Positions 47,655 to 54,466 of a stretch of DNA of 64,000 nt are shown here, piece by piece; position 1 is the stretch's first letter, and each line of letters opens with the position of its first letter. The notes below the pieces were generated by a model. That model searched no databases, was not told the DNA's origin, and saw only the letters and a program-made list of their open reading frames with translations. A program made the position numbers and the translations under genes. The stretch is from an uncultured virus (IMG/VR IMGVR_UViG_3300029309_000020). Lineage: Duplodnaviria; Heunggongvirae; Uroviricota; Caudoviricetes. Where the stretch lies: IMG/VR virus record IMGVR_UViG_3300029309_000020; one strand, 5' to 3'.

Positions 47655-47746
47655 TAGTGGACGTGGGAGGAGTCGAACCTCCGTTTGCTGATAGTGTACT
47701 TTCGAACTTTGTCAGTAAACACTTCGTGCACTTGCCCGTCACGCCC
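47655..47746 (-). ncRNA. tRNA-like RNA with alanine identity (G3:U70, A73) and no anticodon loop; resembles the tmRNA tRNA-like domain
   Basis: GGGCGTG/CACGTCC acceptor stem, T-arm GGAGG-TTCGACT-CCTCC, 3' A-CTA, internal helix GTTTACTGA/TCAGCAAAC. Confidence 0.7.
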
Positions 47747-47828
47747 GGTGGCCGAAGGCGCAGCTCATTACCTGTCTTTTTAACTAGTATATATTGCTCG
47801 TCAGCACTCCTTCGGAGTCGTTAATATT

Positions 47829-48020
47829 TTATTTGCGTCGCCAAGCTCTGTGAACATTTGCACTTGTAGCTTGATCAACGATTTGTACTTCGAGTACTTG
47901 TTTGTTTGCAATGATAGGAACATAGCTATATTGCTGAGTATCAGAGCATTGCACACATTTATTGTAGCCAAGATCAATTCTTGCTTGTGGCATGCTGTTG
48001 CCGCATCTACAATATTTCAT
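47829..48020 (-). CDS. Small Zn-finger protein (DksA/TraR C4-like spacing)
   Basis: C.CG..MP.AR..LG...CV.CS. Confidence 0.65.
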   Translation of the reverse strand: MKYCRCGNSMPQARIDLGYNKCVQCSDTQQYSYVPIIANKQVLEVQIVDQATSANVHRAWRRK

Positions 48021-48438
48021 AATTGCTGGTTTAGTATATAGTTTAATACTTGCATTGGTGTACCGTTCATACTTTGCACAACACCGTGTTGATCTTGAAA
48101 TTCAATTCTATAACGATCTGGTCGGTGTATAGCAAATGGTGTATCGTATTTATTTCCTGCCATCTTTGTCTGTTTTTGTTGGTTCATATTTGTTATCAAT
48201 ATAATCAATTAGCTTTACAGTAAAATATTGTATAATATCATTTCCGTCAAAGCCATCATCAATTAATGGTTTAAATTTTTCAACAGCATATTCAACTTGC
48301 CATTCGCTAACAATATTATTCATTCTGTTAAATTTGTTTTGTAAATTAATGTAGTTTTGTAAGTTTTCGTTTTTATTCATAATAATTAATTTTGTCATTT
48401 ATTTGTAGTTCAAGGAACATTTTATTAATTTCTTCACT

Positions 48439-48473
48439 TATATTATCACTTTGCGTGTTAGTTTGTAACGTAT
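48439..48473 (-). promoter_or_regulatory. Class I early promoter-like motif, copy 1
   Basis: Minus strand ATACGTTACA-N14-GTGATAATATA. Confidence 0.8.
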
Positions 48474-48970
48474 TTTTCATATTTATTTTAATAATTTTTT
48501 AATTTTTTTATTACTGATTTTCTAATATCTTCTATTGCTTCACAAAAATAATCGTGTTCTAATTCTTCAACTATTGTACCATCAATCGCCCAAGAAATAC
48601 TATCATTAATATGTTCATTTATTACGTCTGCAACGTTTGTTGATATTTCATCTAATTCTTTTGTTACACTCATTTATTCATTTTTTAATAATTTATATAG
48701 TTCTTCGTTGCCAAGCATATGTCTAGATTGATTTGCAGCAAAGTTATCAAGATGCAATATTTGTTGATCTAGTGATAAACCGCCTTGCATAATTCTTTTG
48801 CTTATAAGATCCATTTTAGTTTGTGCATCATGCACTACATTTCTTAGTTCTTTAATTCTTTTTAGATTCATTTTAATCCGTATTTTAATTTTAATTTACT
48901 TTTTGTAATATTTAGTTCTTTACTTATTTCAGTTATACTTTTATTATCTATAAGATATAATCTCCAAACT

Positions 48971-49285
48971 TTATGCATTTGCTTCTTGTTCTTGTAATTT
49001 CATTTCATCATAAGTTAATGCTTCATCATGCTCATGTAACAAATCCCATAAAGCATTATAACCTGCTTCAAACCAGTTATTTGCACGACCAAATACATGA
49101 TGTTCTTCAAATATATCTGCATCTAATTTATTGCAATATTCTTTGCAATCATCTCTGTATATTACTTTATTTTCTAACCATTGATGCGTTTCTCTTACAA
49201 AATCATCGCTATTATCAATTGTACCTTCATGATATAAATACCACATATCGTCGTTAAACTCATATACTAATTCGTCGTTATACAT
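48971..49285 (-). CDS. Acidic protein, possible Ocr-like DNA mimic
   Basis: 104 aa, D/E-rich; I...DD....H....N.V..Y.D pattern. Confidence 0.5.
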   Translation of the reverse strand: MYNDELVYEFNDDMWYLYHEGTIDNSDDFVRETHQWLENKVIYRDDCKEYCNKLDADIFEEHHVFGRANNWFEAGYNALWDLLHEHDEALTYDEMKLQEQEANA

Positions 49286-49473
49286 ATCTTAAATAATTTT
49301 TAATTGTTTCAATACTTGCTTTGTTAAAAGCTCTAACATTTTCTCTATATTTTTTATTTGTACAAAATTTGTACATTGCTCTTGACTCTGTGCATTCACC
49401 AAACTTTGCCTCAAATAAAGCAATTTGTTTTAATTTATCGTCAATCATTTTTTTTGTTAATTCCATATTCAAT

Positions 49474-49508
49474 TATATTATCACTTGTTTATTTATTTTG
49501 TAACGTAT
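49474..49508 (-). promoter_or_regulatory. Class I early promoter-like motif, copy 2
   Basis: Minus strand ATACGTTACA-N14-GTGATAATATA. Confidence 0.8.
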
Positions 49509-49672
49509 TATAGCAAATTATTAATTATATAATTCGCAAGTACTTAAATTTTGTGGAGTTAATGTAATAGTTTCAAATTCTTTATTTGTTATTACTCCTT
49601 CCATTAAACCTAAATATTCTTTTGTAACGTCTCTACCTGTTATTTTATTTATTATAATCATATTATTTATTT

Positions 49673-49716
49673 TAGTTGGATAGATGAGAATCGAACTCAT
49701 TTTAACCATTTATCCA
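49673..49716 (-). ncRNA. tRNA minihelix-like element (acceptor stem plus T-arm only)
   Basis: TGGATAA-ATGGTTAAA-ATGAG-TTCGATT-CTCAT-CTATCCA-A-CTA. Confidence 0.55.
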
Positions 49717-50576
49717 TTTGTCTGTTCGTTTAAGGAAAAAACACACTTCAACACCTTATAATTTACTAAACTTTTCTATTAAGTTTAATTCAATTTTACA
49801 TTCTTCTTTATCACTTTCAGATAATTCACTTAATTTATCAACATAATACAATGTCTTTACATAATCTTTTAAATCAAAATATAATCTATCAATTTCTCTT
49901 TCAGTTAATTCTACTTTCATATTTTTATCTTCTAAATTCATTTTCATTTTTATTTGATATAATATATCTTTCAAAGATTTCATGTAATTTATAAAAATCT
50001 TCGGGAGGTAAATCTCCACTATCTAATCCAAAATCATCAACTATATCATCAAATTTAATATAATCATCTAAATCAAAGTCATCTACATTTTTAATTTTAT
50101 ATTCCATTTTTTATTATATTATCAATTATTTTATTTATTTCATCTTGGAGTTTATCTCCTTCATATTTATATTGTAATTCACTATATTCTTGTATTACTT
50201 CATTATATATTTCTTCTCTATCCATTTTATAATTCTTTATATACTATGTTTAATTATTAATCTTTCATTTTCACTTAAGTTATAATATCTTTTTAGTTTA
50301 TAACTTAATAACTCTTTATTCATATTTGTGTTTTTATAACTTTCTATTATTTTATTTAATTTCATATTTTTATATTTTTATTTTTTTATATTTTATTTAA
50401 ATATATTATACTTATAATCTTTATTATTTTCTAATCTTTTAAAATCTTTTATATTATTATTTTTAATATATTTTAACATTTCTTTTTCTTCTTCTTTATA
50501 ATTATTATAATCTAATTCAAAGAAATCATTATTAATTTTATAAGTTATATATTTCATATTTATTTTATTTACATTA

Positions 50577-50610
50577 TTATTATCACTTTATTATATATTT
50601 TGTAACGTAT
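50577..50610 (-). promoter_or_regulatory. Class I early promoter-like motif, copy 3
   Basis: Minus strand ATACGTTACA-N14-GTGATAATAA. Confidence 0.8.
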
Positions 50611-50855
50611 TTTTATATATTATTTAAAGTATTTTTTAAATTATTTTTATTTATAAAACTTAAACCTTTATAAGTAAAATCTATAATATTTTTATTTTTT
50701 ATAAATTCTTTTAAAGTAAACAAATCATTTATTTTAAAACCTATATAAGTTGTGTTTTTAATTTTTATTTTTTTAGTATAAATTAGTTTAGATTTGTAGT
50801 GATTTGTTTTTAAGTTTTTTAAATTTGACATTGTATTTTATTTTTTAATTACACT

Positions 50856-50890
50856 TATATTATCACATTGGTATAAGATCTGTAACGTAT
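50856..50890 (-). promoter_or_regulatory. Class I early promoter-like motif, copy 4 (head of the early arm)
   Basis: Minus strand ATACGTTACA-N14-GTGATAATATA. Confidence 0.8.
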
Positions 50891-50913
50891 ATTATATAAA
50901 ATTAATTCAAAAG

Positions 50914-50950
50914 TATACTTTTTATAAAATTTATGTAATATATATTATAG
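50914..50950 (+). promoter_or_regulatory. Class II promoter-like motif facing the late arm
   Basis: TATACTTTTTATAAAATTTATGTAATATATATTATAG; 32/37 identical to 44034-44070 (-). Confidence 0.65.
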
Positions 50951-51358
50951 ATATATAAATTATTTAGTAAAGTAATATAAACATTGTTAATATAATAATA
51001 AAATGTATTAAACTCTGTTAATATAATAATTTATAAAATACGTATATAGTCCGATTGTTATATTAGTGACAATATATAAAAAAGTTTGAATATATAATAA
51101 TAAAACTAGATATTTACTGACAATATATTAATACAATGTACACAATACTGAGTATATAACAGTATAATGTACATGTAATTGATAATTAAGTAGTTACAAA
51201 CTGCTAATAATACAGTAATGTTAACAAATGTATATAAATGATGCAATACATAGGGGCATAGGTTGCTAATATGGCTTTAAATTATAGCTTTTATTGCTAA
51301 ATATGTAATGCAACACAACAATTCTATTTATCTGACAAGTAATTTAAATTAAGCTTAT
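50951..51358. repeat. AT-rich non-coding divergence region with short direct repeats (candidate origin or genome end)
   Basis: TGTTAATATAATAAT at 50985 and 51016; TGACAATATAT at 51067 and 51118; no ORF in the track. Confidence 0.5.
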
Positions 51359-51595
51359 ATGCCTGATGCTTTTGTAAAAAACAACTTATCTGTAGTTATT
51401 TCTTTCATTGTGGCTGTGTTTACTGCAGGTGGTATATTCTCTGAGTTCACAGCTTTAAAAGATGAGATATCATTAGTGCATGAGAGACTTGATGAAAAGA
51501 TAACAGTTATATTGCGTCTTGAGGAACGTATCCTTGAGATAGAAAAGCATATAGAATATGAAAAAGGATTCTTAGATGCTAAAAATAATAAATAA
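51359..51595 (+). CDS. Small membrane-anchored coiled-coil protein
   Basis: N-terminal TM segment followed by a heptad pattern. Confidence 0.65.
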   Translation: MPDAFVKNNLSVVISFIVAVFTAGGIFSEFTALKDEISLVHERLDEKITVILRLEERILEIEKHIEYEKGFLDAKNNK

Positions 51596-51613
51596 CCTTA
51601 AAACCTTAACCAA

Positions 51614-51907
51614 ATGACTTATTATTACCAATTCACCAGTAACCGAGCTCAAAGCCAAGACCTGGTACAAATGAAGAAAACTTTAAAACATGTATCCAAC
51701 AAGGCTAACTGGCGTATAGTTGAGCTAGCCAATGGATTCTACCAATGCGAGTACAAACCACTAGATGGTAACGAAGACGCTAAATGGGTAGATACCACCC
51801 GTAGAGAAACCATAGAGGGTGCAGAACGTGCAATCGATGCTTCTATAGATCATTATAAAAAGAAGCTCCGCGCGTTTGAAGGCCCTAAAGTAGTAAAAAC
51901 ATTTTAA
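51614..51907 (+). CDS. Hypothetical phage protein
   Basis: 97 aa; WRI..L.NGFYQ.E...W.D.TRRET.EGAE.AID...GPKVVKTF. Confidence 0.7.
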   Translation: MTYYYQFTSNRAQSQDLVQMKKTLKHVSNKANWRIVELANGFYQCEYKPLDGNEDAKWVDTTRRETIEGAERAIDASIDHYKKKLRAFEGPKVVKTF

Positions 51908-51916
51908 AAATTAATT

Positions 51917-52057
51917 ATGGCACCACTTAAAAGAGTAACTCCTTTTACGAAAAAAGATTATTGTTATCACAAAGTAAAGCGTACGTATAAGGTATTCCCT
52001 TCTGCGTATGCTTCTGGTGCTATTGCGAAATGCAGAAAAAAAAGAGCTAGAGGATGA
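51917..52057 (+). CDS. Small basic Cys-containing protein (46 aa)
   Basis: Hand-translated MAPLKRVTPFTKKDYCYHKVKRTYKVFPSAYASGAIAKCRKKRARG; ATGA overlap with the next gene. Confidence 0.7.
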   Translation: MAPLKRVTPFTKKDYCYHKVKRTYKVFPSAYASGAIAKCRKKRARG

Positions 52058-52467
52058 ACATGCCTAAAAACGGAGTGGCCAAGGAAATTCGCCATTATAT
52101 TGGCAGTTTATTTATTTTCTTATTTGTAATTGCGATCATCGTTGCTCTGATACAGTACCCTGTACTTGACGGTAACAAAGAAGTAGTTATGATGCTCATC
52201 GGTACTATTTCTGCATCTATTGGAATAGTAGTATCTACAATCACAGGAACTAAGCCAGATGATGTGACCGCGCTTAAGATGGACATAGAGAGGAAGCAAC
52301 TTTCAATTGACCACTTAACAAAATCAAAAGATGACCTAGAAAGAATGGTTATCGATCTTCAAAGGGAAATGTTAAAGAACCAAGATGACATTATGGATAA
52401 AGTTATCTTAAAAGCTGCTCTTGACTACGACGATAGAGCTAAAGCTAAAGAACTATTAAACAAATAA
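52054..52467 (+). CDS. Two-TM membrane protein with a C-terminal coiled coil
   Basis: Hydrophobic aa 16-34 and 45-63, then heptads. Confidence 0.7.
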   Translation: MNMPKNGVAKEIRHYIGSLFIFLFVIAIIVALIQYPVLDGNKEVVMMLIGTISASIGIVVSTITGTKPDDVTALKMDIERKQLSIDHLTKSKDDLERMVIDLQREMLKNQDDIMDKVILKAALDYDDRAKAKELLNK

Positions 52468-52468
52468 A

Positions 52469-52747
52469 ATGCCAGTACGAAAAACACAAAAAGGAGCAAA
52501 TCTTAGACGTTGGTTTAAAGAAAAGTGGACCGACGAAAAAGGTAATCCTTGTGGGTCTAGAAAAAACAAGAGTGTAAAAAAATGTCGCCCTTCTAGACGT
52601 ATATCTGGTAAGACCGTAAAAACCTGGAGTGAGATGTCTGCATCTGAAAAACGTAAGGCTGTTGCTGAAAAGAAACGTGTAGGCATGGGCAAGCGTACAT
52701 CTCAAATACGTAGAAAAAGAAAAAATGCCAAAAAGAAAAGATCCTAA
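52469..52747 (+). CDS. Small basic protein
   Basis: LRRWFKEKW.D..G.PCG...CRPS.R.S.KT.KT..EMS. Confidence 0.75.
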   Translation: MPVRKTQKGANLRRWFKEKWTDEKGNPCGSRKNKSVKKCRPSRRISGKTVKTWSEMSASEKRKAVAEKKRVGMGKRTSQIRRKRKNAKKKRS

Positions 52748-53021
52748 AGTCGGAACGGGTAAAAAGCCTAAAGGTTCCGGTAGAAGATTATACACAGACG
52801 AAAATCCTAAAGACACGGTTAGTATAAAGTTTAAAACTCCTGCAGATGCTAGGGCTACAGTTGCTAAAGTAAAAAAAGTAAATAAGCCTTTTGCAAGGAA
52901 AATACAAATATTAACTGTTGGAGAACAACGTGCCCGTGTCATGGGAAAACGTCAGGTAGCGGCAATATTTAAAAAAGGTAAAGAACAAATACGTAAAGCA
53001 CATGGACGCAAGAAAACTTAA
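52725..53021 (+). CDS. Small basic protein
   Basis: DPKVGTGKKPKGSGRRLYTDENPKDTV.IKF. Confidence 0.75.
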   Translation: MPKRKDPKVGTGKKPKGSGRRLYTDENPKDTVSIKFKTPADARATVAKVKKVNKPFARKIQILTVGEQRARVMGKRQVAAIFKKGKEQIRKAHGRKKT

Positions 53022-53121
53022 AAAAATATCTGCAGAACTTAAAAAGGCATCTGCGATGCATAAAGGGCAAGCTGCTAAAATAGACGCTATGCTAAAATCA
53101 ATGAACACTAAAAAGAAGTAA
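53002..53121 (+). CDS. Small basic protein (39 aa)
   Basis: Hand-translated MDARKLKKISAELKKASAMHKGQAAKIDAMLKSMNTKKK. Confidence 0.6.
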   Translation: MDARKLKKISAELKKASAMHKGQAAKIDAMLKSMNTKKK

Positions 53122-53123
53122 TC

Positions 53124-53288
53124 ATGGGAATGAAAGGACCAAAAGCGTATCCTAACGCTATCAAAGCAATTTTAGGAAGAAAAGAAAAAGGTGCAAAAAC
53201 TAGCCGCAAAGGCATGGGCACAACTCCATATAAAAGAATGGAAGGCATGGGCGGAAAGCTTTTAAGAAGAATGAAAAACTATTATTAA
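53124..53288 (+). CDS. Small basic protein (54 aa)
   Basis: Hand-translated MGMKGPKAYPNAIKAILGRKEK...TTPYKRMEGMGGKLLRRMKNYY. Confidence 0.6.
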   Translation: MGMKGPKAYPNAIKAILGRKEKGAKTSRKGMGTTPYKRMEGMGGKLLRRMKNYY

Positions 53289-53289
53289 G

Positions 53290-53547
53290 ATGGCAGGAAC
53301 AGACAGATCAGCTGATATAATGCCTATGCAATCTTTGTTTGCTAGAGCAACAGGATACTTCCCTCCGGCTACGCCCAGATATAATAGCGCTCTTGCAAAA
53401 CCTATACCTGAGGATGCAAAAGGTTTGCAAAAATTAGATGCAAAAGTGCAAAAAAACATGGGTTTTACAGAAGATGAAGATGGTAATCCAATTACGAGAC
53501 ACCTGAAATTTTGTAGCGGTATGTCTAAACCTTATAAAAGAAAATAG
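53290..53547 (+). CDS. Hypothetical protein
   Basis: 85 aa with a KP.P...KGL.KL...V..NMGF segment. Confidence 0.6.
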   Translation: MAGTDRSADIMPMQSLFARATGYFPPATPRYNSALAKPIPEDAKGLQKLDAKVQKNMGFTEDEDGNPITRHLKFCSGMSKPYKRK

Positions 53548-53566
53548 TATACTGCTTTAAAAAAAA

Positions 53567-53752
53567 ATGAAACAGTTACTTGCTACCGTATTGTTAATTT
53601 TAAGTTACTCCTGTGCATCTATAAAAGGTCAGGCGTATATTGATATTAATGAAAACATTGATTATGAAAGAAACGAAGATCTCAGATATAGAACTCGTTT
53701 CAAGGTAGGCTATAAAATATACTTAGGGGACAAACACACAATTAAAAAATAA
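53567..53752 (+). CDS. Small putative lipoprotein
   Basis: MKQLLATVLLILSYSC signal with lipobox-like Cys. Confidence 0.6.
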   Translation: MKQLLATVLLILSYSCASIKGQAYIDINENIDYERNEDLRYRTRFKVGYKIYLGDKHTIKK

Positions 53753-53756
53753 TATT

Positions 53757-53855
53757 ATGCCTTACGTTAGTGATGCGCAGCGTAAAGCTGTGTGGGCCAG
53801 TAAAAATGAAAGAAAGGCTAAAAGGAAAAAGAAAAGAAAGAAAAGAAAAAGATAA
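53757..53855 (+). CDS. Very basic peptide (32 aa)
   Basis: Hand-translated MPYVSDAQRKAVWASKNERKAKRKKKRKKRKR; TAATG overlap with the next gene. Confidence 0.6.
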   Translation: MPYVSDAQRKAVWASKNERKAKRKKKRKKRKR

Positions 53856-54094
53856 TGCCACAGAAACTAAGTCCTAGGGCTAGAAAAGCAAAACTAGCCC
53901 GTGACCTTAAAACAGCAAAAACTTCACGCCGCACAAGGATGAAAGCGGAAAACCAAAGAAAGAGAAGAGCTGCTATAAAAAGGGGTAAGATAATAGTAGG
54001 GCTTGATTATGACCATACCGCTAAAAAATTTGTTTCTATTAAAAAAAACAGAGGTGGTTATGGTAAAGGTACAAAGAAAAACAACACAAAATGA
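53855..54094 (+). CDS. Small basic protein with a degenerate HNH-like DYDH...NRG motif
   Basis: K/R-rich; G.DYDH....FVS.KKNRG. Confidence 0.65.
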   Translation: MPQKLSPRARKAKLARDLKTAKTSRRTRMKAENQRKRRAAIKRGKIIVGLDYDHTAKKFVSIKKNRGGYGKGTKKNNTK

Positions 54095-54438
54095 GTAAAA
54101 CTTTTATGCACAAGCATGCAACTTGCACTTGTGGTATGAGCCCTCTTAGTAGACGTAAGTCTAATGCACCTTCAAGAAAGAAGTCATTAGGATATTACGG
54201 CAAAGTAAAAAAGGGTAAAGGCACCGGTAAATCAGCCGGTGGTGGTATGACCGCAAGGGGCGTTGCTAAATATAGAAGAGATAATCCAGGATCTAAATTA
54301 AAGACTGCGGTTACAACACCTCCTTCTAAATTAAAAAGAGGTAGTAAAGCTTGGAAAAGAAGAAAATCTTTTTGTGCTAGATCTCGTAGCTGGAAATCTG
54401 AAAGGGGCAGAGCTGCAAGACGTAAATGGAATTGCTAA
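54091..54438 (+). CDS. Small basic protein
   Basis: GGMT..GV..YRR.NPGSKLKTAVT...RRKSFCAR...ARRKWNC. Confidence 0.75.
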   Translation: MSKTFMHKHATCTCGMSPLSRRKSNAPSRKKSLGYYGKVKKGKGTGKSAGGGMTARGVAKYRRDNPGSKLKTAVTTPPSKLKRGSKAWKRRKSFCARSRSWKSERGRAARRKWNC

Positions 54439-54466
54439 AATAAATAATTAAATTAAATCTAATCAA

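Larger units (their letters stand above)
48017..50831 (-). other. Cluster of tiny, very AT-rich early (host-takeover) ORFs
   Basis: Packed minus-strand ORFs of 35-105 aa (48017-48163, 48150-48380, 48488-48673, 48674-48871, 48868-48978, 48971-49285, 49278-49466, 49521-49661, 49756-49920, 49925-50107, 50393-50557, 50613-50831), interspersed with class I motifs. Confidence 0.7.

Noticed and set aside
47655..47746. Canonical decoding tRNA or full-length tmRNA
   Set aside because: No 7-nt anticodon loop, U8 is absent, and there is no room for a tag reading frame or pseudoknots.
47760..47805. Hammerhead ribozyme (CTGACGA core on the minus strand)
   Set aside because: No GAAA after a stem II and no convincing stems I and III.
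49621..49630. Extra class I motif (TGTAACGT)
   Set aside because: It lies inside an ORF, matches only part of the 10-mer and lacks the GTGATAATA box at 14 nt.
48439..50890. CRISPR array or attachment-site repeats
   Set aside because: The copies are 280-1100 nt apart, bipartite with a variable centre and located before genes; no cas or integrase gene is present.
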